A stretch of DNA of 14,187 bases. Source: Armatimonadota bacterium. Lineage in GTDB: Bacteria; Armatimonadota; Zipacnadia; Zipacnadales; UBA5352. The notes beneath the pieces are model-generated. The model saw only the letters and a list, made by a program, of their open reading frames with translations. It searched no databases and was not told the origin of the DNA. A program made the translations under genes and the position numbers. The number at the start of each line of letters is the position of its first letter. The stretch's first letter is position 1. Positions 1 to 8,461 of this stretch are shown here, piece after piece. The DNA is taken from positions 1 to 14,187 of the forward strand of contig JAYENL010000040.1 of the NCBI GenBank assembly GCA_034722055.1. Direction: 5' to 3'.

Positions 1-8
1 CGGACACC

Positions 9-2663
9 GTGAGCATAGACATGCCCGTGCGCCCCGGGCCGCCGATGGTGGCGATCCTCAGCGACGAGGAGCCCCTCGCGGGAATGGCCTCAGACCCGGC
101 TTGCGTCGCGCGGCTGGCTGAGGACGTCGGATGCACGGCGCGTCTGATCGGTGGCGACGAGCTCACTGACCAGTCGGTGTTCAGCCGCGAGAGCTTCGAC
201 CTGCTGGTGCTTCCGTGTGGCGGCTGCATGCCGGGGGAGGCGAGCAGCGCGGTCGGCGATTTCCTCCGCCAGGCCGGGGGGCTGATCACGATCGGCGGCG
301 CACCACTGAGCAACCCGCTGCAGACCGCGGCGGCCTCGCGCGAGGCTCCCGCCCCCCTCACAGTTGCTGACATGGAGGGCGATGACCCACTGGCGGATCT
401 CGGCACGGTGACGGGCCCTCGGTCGGACGGCGAGTTGAGTCTCGTCACGGGGGGCGCCGCGGGCACAGGGCACGCCCTCCGTGTCGCCGCCGGTGACCTG
501 CAGGACTGGTTCTACGTGCAATTGCCGTTGGAGGACAGGCTGCGCGACACCGACGCCTGCCTTGAGTTCCACGCGCGCGGCGACGCCCGCACGGACCGAC
601 TGTGCCTGGAGCTGGTGGAGCGCGACGAGAGCAGGTGGAAGTACTTCGTCGAGCTGACGCCCCGGTGGCAGGCGTACTCGGTGCGCATGCGGGACTTCGC
701 GGCCTACGTCGCCCCGGGCCGTGACCAGGTGCGTCCGGCGGACGTCGTCTCATTCAAGCTCGGATTCTACCGCGCCCTCTACGGTAATGCCGACCCGCGG
801 ACGGTGTACGTGGACGAGATCCGGGCCGCCGCGGCGCCCCATCACGCCGTCGATTCCCGCCACGCGCATCTGGATCGCTGGCGCCGGGAGTACAGGCGCC
901 TGGGCGCGGTGGCGCGCCTCGATGCGCTGGGGCTGTTCCGGGATGCGTCTCACCTGCGCGACGCGCCGCTGCTGGTCGCCGCCGATGAGCAGCTCATCTT
1001 CCCGCAGGCAGCGGCCATCAGGGGGCCGGTGGATGGGTGGGAGATGGTGCCGCGCACAGTCAGCCCGACGCCCGGCCAGTGGGATGCTGCGGCGGACGAG
1101 ATCGCCCGCCATATCCCGCTGCTGCGCGCCTGCGCGGAGGACGGAACCGCGTTGGGTGACGTCGGCGGCATGGTGCTGTTCCACCACGGGGAGTACCGCG
1201 GGGCGTGCGTGGCATGGCTCGGGGTGACCTCTCATGACCTGCTCGACCCGCGGCGGACGGCGCTGGCCACCGGCTTCCGCCGCCTGGTGCGCGCGATGAC
1301 ATCGTCGGCGTGGCTTTGCAGCCCCCGGCCGGAGTTCTCGGCGGAGGATGACGGCATCGCCCAGCGCTGGCGGGTCACGGTGCTGAGCCGCGGCGCTCGC
1401 GCCTACAGCGCCACGGTGGAACTGCGGGCCGCGTCCGGGCAGTGGTCCACGAGTGCGCCGGTCAGGCTGCAGCCGGGGCGCATCACAAGCGTGGAGCTGA
1501 CCGCTCCACCGTCCGAGCCCGACCTCTCCCGCTTCGGTGGCGTCCTCGAGCTGCGCAACGCCGGCGGGGCGCTCGACCGCCTGCCGGCGGTGGCCGACGC
1601 CCGCGCCGCGCTGAAGGCCGTGGGCCGCTGGCTGATGGACAATCAGACCGAGGAGGGGAACTACTCCAGCATCTTCTACGGGGACATGTACGGTGCCAGG
1701 GCGCTGCGCGTGCTGAGCAAGCTCACCGGCGATGAGCGTTACCGGCGCTCGGCTCTGAGGGCGGCCGACATGCTGGTGCGCGACCAGCGGCCGGACGGCG
1801 GCTGGTGGGTCGGCTACGGCCCACCCGGGGAGCTGGTGTTCGTTGCCGATGACGGCTGCATCGCCCTGGGGCTCGTGCAGCTCGCGCCGTACTGCCGGCC
1901 TGCTCGCCGGCGGGCCTATCTGGACGCCGCCCGCAGGTTCATGGACTTCCGCGAGGGCTTCCGCATCACGGAGGAGGTCGCGACGGACCTGGAGGCCAGC
2001 TACGGAGAGGGCCACGCGGGAGTGCTGCGAGGCGGTCTGGGCATCGGCTACGTCCTGCGCGACTACTTCAGTGATCGCGAGGCCTTCAGCGAGCCGGTCG
2101 CGGAGCGACGCCAGAAGGTGTGGACGCTGCACTGCAGCCTGGCCTTCCTCGGGGGGCTGTGTGCGCTGGGCGAGGGGCCGCGGGCCTGCGAGCTTGCGGT
2201 GCAGGACACGCGCTGGTTCCTGGAGCGCATCCACGAGGGCAGGGACTCGGTCACCAGTGGCTACGCGAACGAGGCCGCGGTGTGGATGCTCGACACAGTC
2301 CCCGACCGCGACCTGCGGGCGCGTCTGCGGCAGCATCTGGAGGAGGACTTCCTGGAGTTCGCCCGCACCGCCGACGCGGGCTGGTGGCTGGGAAGTGGGG
2401 GCCGCAAGGCCCTGATGCTGCCCGGCCTGGTGTATTGCACCCGCGAGCTCGATGCCAGCCCCGGGAGCCGCGCCGCGCTCGCGCGGGCCCTGTGGGGGAT
2501 AACGAGCCCGGCCTCCCCAACGTCGCTGCAGCAGCTCCTGCGGCGGCGGCCGGGGACGGACTCGGCATCGGTAGTGATGTACGCCACCTTCTCGGCGACG
2601 GGCCTCGCGGAGCTGCTTCAGCCGCGCTCGACGCTGCTGCCGCACGAGTACGTGGCGGACTGA
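9..2663 (+). CDS. Multidomain putative glycan-active protein: class I GATase-like fold interrupted by a CBM11/CIA30-like galactose-binding domain, an Ig-like domain and a C-terminal alpha/alpha-toroid (GH76/prenyltransferase-repeat-like); start uncertain, may extend beyond the window
   Basis: 884-aa ORF with GC3-rich codons. The N-terminal FDLLVLP...FLRQAGGLITIGGAP is GATase/trimerization-like. LEFHARGD...LELVERDESRWKYFVELTPRWQAYSVRMRDF...VYVDEI is a typical CBM11-like jelly-roll pattern. The C-terminus has helical repeats WLMDNQTEEGNY and LVRDQRPDGGWW. The frame is open to the window edge (codons at 3 and 6), and no RBS or signal peptide is seen. Confidence 0.8.
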   Translation: MSIDMPVRPGPPMVAILSDEEPLAGMASDPACVARLAEDVGCTARLIGGDELTDQSVFSRESFDLLVLPCGGCMPGEASSAVGDFLRQAGGLITIGGAPLSNPLQTAAASREAPAPLTVADMEGDDPLADLGTVTGPRSDGELSLVTGGAAGTGHALRVAAGDLQDWFYVQLPLEDRLRDTDACLEFHARGDARTDRLCLELVERDESRWKYFVELTPRWQAYSVRMRDFAAYVAPGRDQVRPADVVSFKLGFYRALYGNADPRTVYVDEIRAAAAPHHAVDSRHAHLDRWRREYRRLGAVARLDALGLFRDASHLRDAPLLVAADEQLIFPQAAAIRGPVDGWEMVPRTVSPTPGQWDAAADEIARHIPLLRACAEDGTALGDVGGMVLFHHGEYRGACVAWLGVTSHDLLDPRRTALATGFRRLVRAMTSSAWLCSPRPEFSAEDDGIAQRWRVTVLSRGARAYSATVELRAASGQWSTSAPVRLQPGRITSVELTAPPSEPDLSRFGGVLELRNAGGALDRLPAVADARAALKAVGRWLMDNQTEEGNYSSIFYGDMYGARALRVLSKLTGDERYRRSALRAADMLVRDQRPDGGWWVGYGPPGELVFVADDGCIALGLVQLAPYCRPARRRAYLDAARRFMDFREGFRITEEVATDLEASYGEGHAGVLRGGLGIGYVLRDYFSDREAFSEPVAERRQKVWTLHCSLAFLGGLCALGEGPRACELAVQDTRWFLERIHEGRDSVTSGYANEAAVWMLDTVPDRDLRARLRQHLEEDFLEFARTADAGWWLGSGGRKALMLPGLVYCTRELDASPGSRAALARALWGITSPASPTSLQQLLRRRPGTDSASVVMYATFSATGLAELLQPRSTLLPHEYVAD

Positions 2664-2794
2664 CAACCGATATCCGTCAGGAGACCGAGGTGGCGCCCTG
2701 GCGCAGCTTGCGGGGCAGGTGAGCGTCCACCGGGGAGCTAACCTGCCAGGCGGCACGGCACCACGGGCTGCGCCGACGCATCTGACGGTTACAG

Positions 2795-2800
2795 AGGAGG
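2795..2800 (+). promoter_or_regulatory. Shine-Dalgarno site for the 2807 CDS
   Basis: AGGAGG 6 nt upstream of ATG 2807. Confidence 0.8.
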
Positions 2801-2806
2801 CAGACC

Positions 2807-5251
2807 ATGATTTCGAGGTCGGCTGGACTTGCGCTTGTGCTGCTCGTGTCAGCATGCATGGTCGAAGACAGCGGCGCCCAGCCGGAAGAGCCGGCGCGGG
2901 CGGCGGGCGAGGAGGTCACCATGGCCAAGCGCGACTTCCATCCGCTCATCGGGGGATGCGGGGGCGTGTACCTGCTGGCAGAGCCCGGTGAGCTTGTGGT
3001 GGAGGTGCAGAAGCGCGATCGCAACCAGCGAGAGCGCACAACGGAGCTGCGCGCGATCCTCGCGGGGCCCGACCGGCACGTGCTACAGGAGGCCTTCATC
3101 CCCGACGACGGCCGACCGGCCGGGGGCGGCCTTGGCCCGCCCCAGACCGTCCGGCTCACCGCCCAGGTTCACCGGCCCGGCATCTACGCGCTGAACATCA
3201 CAGTGTCGCGGGATCGCTACGGGCAGAACATGGTCTGGGGCTTCCGCACCAACTGCCCGCGCTATCTCATCGAGACGGCTCGCGGGCACAAGGACGAGCG
3301 TCACCAGGAGCCGATCGTGCTGGAGAGCCCGGACGGGCCCGGTGTTGTCTGCTTCCACCCGCGGCAGGGCGAGTTCGGCATCGAGCTCAGCGGCCTGCCG
3401 GCCGGCTCAGAGCCTGCCACGGTCCACGACGCCGACGGCGAGCGGCTGGCGGTGCTGGACGTGGGGGAGGACGGCAGCGCCGCCTGGACCGCCCCCGCCG
3501 AAGAGCACCGGGACTCGATCCCCTGGGAGCTGCGGTTGCCGGCAGCAAAGGCGACGATCAGCATCGATAGCGTCACCCGGTGGGACGATGCCGAGCCCAT
3601 CTACAATGCGTGCTACTGGTCGCCGGATCGCCAGTCCTGGTTCCCGTTCATCGAGAACCGCTGGCTGCTCACGCCATACCGGAGGGTCATCTATGCCCAG
3701 CCGGGCGCTGAGGGGGAGGTCGTGCTGCAGGTCCACAACAACGCCCTCCGCGAGCGCGACTTCACGCTCAGTGTCGAGTTCCCCGATCGCGAGTGGCCCG
3801 TTGAGCTTGACCAGTCCGAAGTCTCGCTGTCCCCGCGTGACGCGGCGCCCGTGTCCGTCCGCTACCGGGCTCCTGACGGCGACGGGCCGCATGTCTGTCA
3901 CGTCCGGGTCACGCCCCACGACACGCCGTCGGTCTCCACCTACTCGACTATCACCCTCAAGCCGGGCGAAGCCCCGGCCACCGGGCCGCTGGAGATGCCC
4001 ATCCAACTGCGGCCCTACGAGCATGAGAACGAGCAGTTCGGCTACCTGCCCGACTACCCGGTGAACAACCAGCCATACTTCGACCCGGTCAACCGGCCCT
4101 ACATGCGAACCGGCGGGGGGCTTGCGACCTGGCGCGATGGGCGGTGGGCCGAGACCGAGATGCAGTCCGCGGTGACCTCGCGGCCGGAGGCCTTCGAGGG
4201 CAGCGCCGTCGGCCTGGCCTCGACCAAGGTCGCCTTCGACCGCGACGGGGACCTCTACCTGCCGGCTGTCTGCGCGGGCAGCAACACGCTGCTGCATTCG
4301 GCTGACGGCGGCAGGACCTTCGCTGCGTATGAGGTGCCGGGGCAGAGAGGCACAATCGACATCGAGCAGTTCTCCGGCCACAACGTGCCCGAAGGCCCGC
4401 CTCCCCTGGTGCGCTTCCGGCGCACTGCAAGAGACCCCAATCTGCGATGGCGCAGCATCAACGACCTGGAGCTGTTCGTGCCGCGCAAGGTGGACGGCCG
4501 CATCGAGATCGGAGAGCCGATCCTGATCACCCGGCAGTGCATCGGGCTGTCCGCCCACTCCGGCATTCCGTCATCGGTTGTGTCCCGGGGGCCGAAGGTG
4601 CACGTCGCCTGGGGCGAGGCCACCGACCCGGCGGGAGATGCGCCCGGCGTTCCCACCTTCGTCGTCACCTACGATCGCCAGACGGGTGAGCTGGGCGAGC
4701 CCGCCCTGCTCGGCTACGGCCCACCGCCCAATGACGTGCACAACTCGCCCAGCATCACCATGGACAGCGAGGGCTACCTCCACGTGCTGATCGGCACCCA
4801 CGGCAGGCCCTTCCAGTACTGCCGATCGCAGGCCCCGAACGATGCCAGCTCCGGGTGGACGGAGCCGGTGACCGCCGGCGAGGGGCTCAACCAGACCTAC
4901 ATCGGCCTCGTGTGCGGGGAGGACGACGCGCTGCACGTGGTCTTCCGGCTGTGGCGCTCAGGGGAGCCATTTCCCAACAGCACCCACGCCACACTCGCCT
5001 ACCAGCGCAAGCGTCCCGGCCAGCCGTGGGAGCCGCCGAGGGTCCTCGTGGTGGCGCCCTTCTCGGAGTACAGCATCTTCTACCACCGGCTGACGGTCGA
5101 TCACAGCGGCCGCCTGTTCATCTCCTACGACTACTGGTCCACGCACTGGTTCTACCGCAACGACCACTTCGGCAACCGCCGGGCGCTGCTGATGTCACCC
5201 GATGGGGGCGAGACATGGAAGCTGGCCGAGACCCGCGACCTCACGCGCTGA
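2807..5251 (+). CDS. Exported (possibly lipoprotein) BNR-4 repeat beta-propeller protein with N-terminal beta/Ig-like domains; candidate polysaccharide lyase
   Basis: 814 aa with a strong SD. The signal peptide has a lipobox-like VSAC. Asp-boxes HSADGGRTF and MSPDGGETW are present, as is the BNR-4 motif NDVHNSPSITMDSEGYLHVLIGTHG. An Ig-like segment VVLQVHNN...FTLSV...VSLSPRDAAPVSVRY precedes the propeller, which starts near aa 397. Confidence 0.85.
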   Translation: MISRSAGLALVLLVSACMVEDSGAQPEEPARAAGEEVTMAKRDFHPLIGGCGGVYLLAEPGELVVEVQKRDRNQRERTTELRAILAGPDRHVLQEAFIPDDGRPAGGGLGPPQTVRLTAQVHRPGIYALNITVSRDRYGQNMVWGFRTNCPRYLIETARGHKDERHQEPIVLESPDGPGVVCFHPRQGEFGIELSGLPAGSEPATVHDADGERLAVLDVGEDGSAAWTAPAEEHRDSIPWELRLPAAKATISIDSVTRWDDAEPIYNACYWSPDRQSWFPFIENRWLLTPYRRVIYAQPGAEGEVVLQVHNNALRERDFTLSVEFPDREWPVELDQSEVSLSPRDAAPVSVRYRAPDGDGPHVCHVRVTPHDTPSVSTYSTITLKPGEAPATGPLEMPIQLRPYEHENEQFGYLPDYPVNNQPYFDPVNRPYMRTGGGLATWRDGRWAETEMQSAVTSRPEAFEGSAVGLASTKVAFDRDGDLYLPAVCAGSNTLLHSADGGRTFAAYEVPGQRGTIDIEQFSGHNVPEGPPPLVRFRRTARDPNLRWRSINDLELFVPRKVDGRIEIGEPILITRQCIGLSAHSGIPSSVVSRGPKVHVAWGEATDPAGDAPGVPTFVVTYDRQTGELGEPALLGYGPPPNDVHNSPSITMDSEGYLHVLIGTHGRPFQYCRSQAPNDASSGWTEPVTAGEGLNQTYIGLVCGEDDALHVVFRLWRSGEPFPNSTHATLAYQRKRPGQPWEPPRVLVVAPFSEYSIFYHRLTVDHSGRLFISYDYWSTHWFYRNDHFGNRRALLMSPDGGETWKLAETRDLTR

Positions 5252-5307
5252 AGCCCCTGCCGGCGAGAGGGCGAGGGCTCCGACAGCCGCCGCTGCTCGT
5301 TGGGCTG
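5252..5307. terminator. Possible bidirectional terminator or stabilising hairpins between convergent genes
   Basis: Two stems, AGCCCCTGCC/GGCGAGGGCT (imperfect) and CAGCC/GGCTG, fill the 60-bp gap between converging stop codons. There is no U-tract. Confidence 0.35.
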
Positions 5308-5311
5308 CGTC

Positions 5312-7990
5312 TCACCCGCGCACCATGCTCGCGCACAGGGGTATCTCGAAGGTGTTCTGTCCCTCGATGGTGCGCGACGGGAAGTAGACCTCTTCCGTCG
5401 TCCGCCCATCGATGCGCAGGCCGTGGTCGTCGGTGAGGATAATCGCAGTCTCGCCGCGCCGCCTCTCGATCCGGTCGATCTCATAGCCGTGCCGGAAGCC
5501 GTTGCCATGCGTCACGATGATCCACGTGCCATGCAGCTCATTGCCGGCGGGCAGGGCGGCGGTGGTGATGAGGGCGTCATGGTCCGCGCCGTCGGCCTTC
5601 CGTGTGGCCCCCCCGATCGTGCCCGCGTAGGCGCCAGTGTCGGTGGCGATCCCATCCTGACCTGCGGTCAGCTCGCGCCCCTGGAACAGCCACATGGCCG
5701 TGACCTTCCCGTCAACCTGACGGACCACGCCCAGGCGGCCCCTGATCGTCACCTCGCCAGCGGCGCGTTTCGTGAACGGGGCCTCGTCGAGTGTGCTGAT
5801 GATCGTGTCGGTGATCCGGCCACAGGTCACCTGCATCGCCACGCAGTCCTCATCCGCCGGCGACACCTGCAGCCGCGTGACGGCATCCAGGAAGGGCTCG
5901 CCGTGGAAGGGCTCCTCAACTGCGGCGAAGACCGAGTGCAGCGGCGCGTCGCCGGTCCGTCGCGCCGCCACATGCGGCATCCAGAAATCGAGGACCTTGC
6001 GATTATCCCCCCGGGTGCCCTGGCCGGCCCGGCGGATCGAGGGAGTCTCCCCGAGATAGACCCTGGTTGGCGCGCCGGCGAGCAAGTGCGTGCGGATGCC
6101 CCGCTGCGGCTCATCGGCGTAGGTGAAGGTGATGTTGAAGCCGTCATTCGCGGTCCCGTGCTGGACGTTGCGCCACACGTCGTAGGTCCGCGGAGGCTCC
6201 TCGCCCGCGAACTCGGAGCCCGCCTCTTCCATCTGCAGGCTGGCCCGGGCGGTCATGTCCTCATCGGCGCTGCCGTGCAGCAGCCAGTCGTGCACCGAGC
6301 CCCCGCGGGTGCGCGAGATGTCCACGACGTAGGCGTCCTCCTCGGATACCGGAACGAGGACCAGCAGCCTCCGGTACATGTCCAGGCCCTCGATGTTGGC
6401 GTAGGCGCGTCGTCCGTCGGCGGCGACGACGCTGATGGTCTCTGAGGGGAGGAACCACAGCAGATCGCCGTCAGACGGCCGGCCCTCCTGCTCCTGGCGG
6501 TCCACCGCCACCAGGTTGTGGCTGATGGTGGAGACCGCCCACCAGCGCATATTGGTCCAGGTGTAGCCGATGTCCGACAGCATCTCCCGCTGCTTCGCCC
6601 ACAGCGTGAGGTTCAGAGTGTCACGGTGGCTGTGTCCGTAGGCGCCGGAGAAGTGGAGCTGTGCCTGCATCTGGCTCGCGGCCTGCCCGCACCCCAGTGA
6701 CGCATGCCCGTATCCTGGCAGTATCGTGGAGACCGTGCGGGTGCGAGGCTCCGCCCGCCGCTGGTGAGCCCAGGTGTCATGCACGGGCGTGGAGCAGCCA
6801 TCCGGGAAGGCCACGGCCTTAAAGGCATCCTGGACCTTCGCCCAGAAGGGCAGGTCGGCCCCGGGGTCAAGGTCGTCGAAACGTCTGCCATCGACCTCAT
6901 CGACGTACCCCGGCGGATCGGAGTAGCCCTCCACCACCGAAAATGCCCGGCGCAGCCCCCCGAGGGTCATGTAGTGGTAGCTGGGGGACTCGTGCCATGT
7001 GCCATCGAAGAAGAAGCCCTCGTCCAGGTTCTGCTTCATCCAGCCGAAGGCGCGGTGCACCATGTCCGGATCGCCGATGACGCGCCCGAGCATCGCGGCG
7101 CTCGTGATGTCGTAGCCGACGACGTTGCTCACGTGATAGGCATTGACCTCCAGCGCCCGGAAGGTCTCGCGCAGGAAGTCCTCCTCCAGCCGGGCGCGCA
7201 CGTCGTAGCCGCGCTCTGCCGACAGCGCCTCGAACTGGTCGCTGTCGTAGATGAGGTCGTAGGCGAGGATGAGCCTTCTGGGAATCTCGTTGTGGAAGTT
7301 CCCCCATCGCCCGGCATCCCAGGCGTAGGGGGGCTCCTGAGACTCGCAGAAGCGGATGCCCCGGGCATTGCGATTGTGCACAGCCGGGTAGTGCGGATAG
7401 AGCTGCGCAGCCCGGTCGAGAACCAGCACCACTCGGCGCGCGTACTCGGGCTTGCCGGTGGCCTGGTAGGCCTCGCCCAGCGCGATGCACTGCTGCGTCA
7501 GCCAGTTGCGCTTGTACATCAGCAGATGGCCGCTGAGGAAGTGGCGGGCGCCGGTTTCTTCGTTGAGGTAGTAGGAGTACTCGACCCGCTCGCCGAGCGC
7601 GTTCTCGCCCACCAGGACGTGCGTCTCCGGATAGGCCTCGTCGGGCGGATGTATGACCTCTCCGCAGTGACGGCAGGTGAGCTCGTCGGGCCGGTCGATG
7701 GTCCATGTGAAGATGTTGTTCCCCTGGGAGCCGCCGTAGCAGTTGGGACACTCGCAGAACCGGATGTAGGGCTTCTCCGGGAGATAGCTGAGCATCTCCT
7801 CCTCGCTCATGGACATCACGCGCTCGACAGCCTGCTCGTACTCCTGGGCTCTGTCAGCATCCACACTGGTGTACACCGGATGCTCCTCAGCCCCGGCCCC
7901 CACCGCGCACAGAGCCAGCGACACCGCCGCGGCGTAGGCCGACCATGGCCACAGAGATGCCAGCAGCTCGACAGCGTTCGCAGCACGCAT
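5312..7990 (-). CDS. Secreted heparinase II/III-family polysaccharide lyase-like protein with N-terminal CxxC-CxxC zinc ribbon
   Basis: 892 aa. Signal peptide ...AVSLALCAVGAGA-EE. Family motifs DGTWHESPSYHY, GHSHRDTLNLTLW...MLSDIGY and STISHNLVAVD are present. Cys cluster CECPNC...CRHC. SD-like GGGTGA 6 nt upstream of the ATG. Confidence 0.88.
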   Translation of the reverse strand: MRAANAVELLASLWPWSAYAAAVSLALCAVGAGAEEHPVYTSVDADRAQEYEQAVERVMSMSEEEMLSYLPEKPYIRFCECPNCYGGSQGNNIFTWTIDRPDELTCRHCGEVIHPPDEAYPETHVLVGENALGERVEYSYYLNEETGARHFLSGHLLMYKRNWLTQQCIALGEAYQATGKPEYARRVVLVLDRAAQLYPHYPAVHNRNARGIRFCESQEPPYAWDAGRWGNFHNEIPRRLILAYDLIYDSDQFEALSAERGYDVRARLEEDFLRETFRALEVNAYHVSNVVGYDITSAAMLGRVIGDPDMVHRAFGWMKQNLDEGFFFDGTWHESPSYHYMTLGGLRRAFSVVEGYSDPPGYVDEVDGRRFDDLDPGADLPFWAKVQDAFKAVAFPDGCSTPVHDTWAHQRRAEPRTRTVSTILPGYGHASLGCGQAASQMQAQLHFSGAYGHSHRDTLNLTLWAKQREMLSDIGYTWTNMRWWAVSTISHNLVAVDRQEQEGRPSDGDLLWFLPSETISVVAADGRRAYANIEGLDMYRRLLVLVPVSEEDAYVVDISRTRGGSVHDWLLHGSADEDMTARASLQMEEAGSEFAGEEPPRTYDVWRNVQHGTANDGFNITFTYADEPQRGIRTHLLAGAPTRVYLGETPSIRRAGQGTRGDNRKVLDFWMPHVAARRTGDAPLHSVFAAVEEPFHGEPFLDAVTRLQVSPADEDCVAMQVTCGRITDTIISTLDEAPFTKRAAGEVTIRGRLGVVRQVDGKVTAMWLFQGRELTAGQDGIATDTGAYAGTIGGATRKADGADHDALITTAALPAGNELHGTWIIVTHGNGFRHGYEIDRIERRRGETAIILTDDHGLRIDGRTTEEVYFPSRTIEGQNTFEIPLCASMVRG

Positions 7991-8331
7991 CGTCGATCAC
8001 CCGCCAGTACCCGTAGTAGAGGCCTGTCTGGCCCCGGGCCGTGAATCGCGGCCTCAGAGCCCGCCGCTGCACTGTGCTCAAGCCCCGCGTCTCGCCGCAC
8101 CAGATGAGCAGTGTCTGGTTCTTCCCGGCAGGACAGCGTGCTCCTGCACGAGGCACACGGTCAGGTGCTGCCTAAGCGCGACCGCCTCCTGGTGCTCACT
8201 TACAGAAGTCCTCGAACGTTGATGACGAGAGTAGTCGGCGGCCTCGGTTACGGTGCGGAGGAGGATTGTGGTGGAGGGGCTGCCGGGCGCGCAGCGCCCG
8301 GTGAGGCCTGTGAGTGCAGCGAACAGGCCGA

Positions 8332-8383
8332 AGGTTCCACCCCGGCCCCTGGACCTTTCCTGATGTGGGCCGGGGTGGAACCT
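8332..8383. repeat. Perfect 17-bp inverted repeat (hairpin)
   Basis: AGGTTCCACCCCGGCCC (8332-8348) and GGGCCGGGGTGGAACCT (8367-8383), with an 18-nt loop. Confidence 0.9.
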
Positions 8384-8449
8384 GTGAGGTCGCGCATTGC
8401 TCGCAACCTCACACCGCTCACTTCGCTCGCGGCGGCCCCTCCATGGCAG

Positions 8450-8461
8450 GAACAAGTGTTT
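8450..8461. promoter_or_regulatory. LexA (Cheo-type) box-like motif
   Basis: GAAC-AAGT-GTTT fits the GAAC-RNRY-GTTY core. It lies next to the most conspicuous AT-rich, -10-like patch (AGGATAATA, 8473-8481) of the divergent intergenic region. Confidence 0.3.

Noticed and set aside
1620..1810. QW-like motifs (NQTEEGNY, DQRPDGGW) suggesting a squalene-hopene cyclase or prenyltransferase
   Set aside because: Only two such repeats, no DxDD motif and a single barrel fused to a CBM-like domain. These repeats are generic to alpha/alpha toroids.
2735..2753. GAGCTAACCTGCCAGGCGG resembles the 3' end of the ydaO/yuaA c-di-AMP riboswitch
   Set aside because: The upstream conserved elements (GAATCC, GGAACC, GGGGTGAAT, CCCGTC directly before AGCTAAC) are absent.
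750..2855. Long antisense ORFs (701 aa here; also 3407-4558, 5300-6445, 6704-8044, 8734-10092, 10531-11550, 12854-14041)
   Set aside because: They lie directly opposite motif-bearing genes and have no recognisable motifs. They are typical stop-poor shadow frames of high-GC coding DNA.
4290..5225. Asp-boxes suggesting a GH33 sialidase (also in gene 4)
   Set aside because: No RIP motif is seen. The BNR-4 D-x-H...H pattern fits better.
7991..8200. Short, mutually exclusive stems upstream of gene 3 (e.g. TGCTCA/TGAGCA versus ACCAGA/TCTGGT) suggesting a riboswitch
   Set aside because: Stems of 5-7 bp are expected by chance at this GC content, and I recognise no cobalamin, TPP, SAM, glycine or c-di-GMP consensus.
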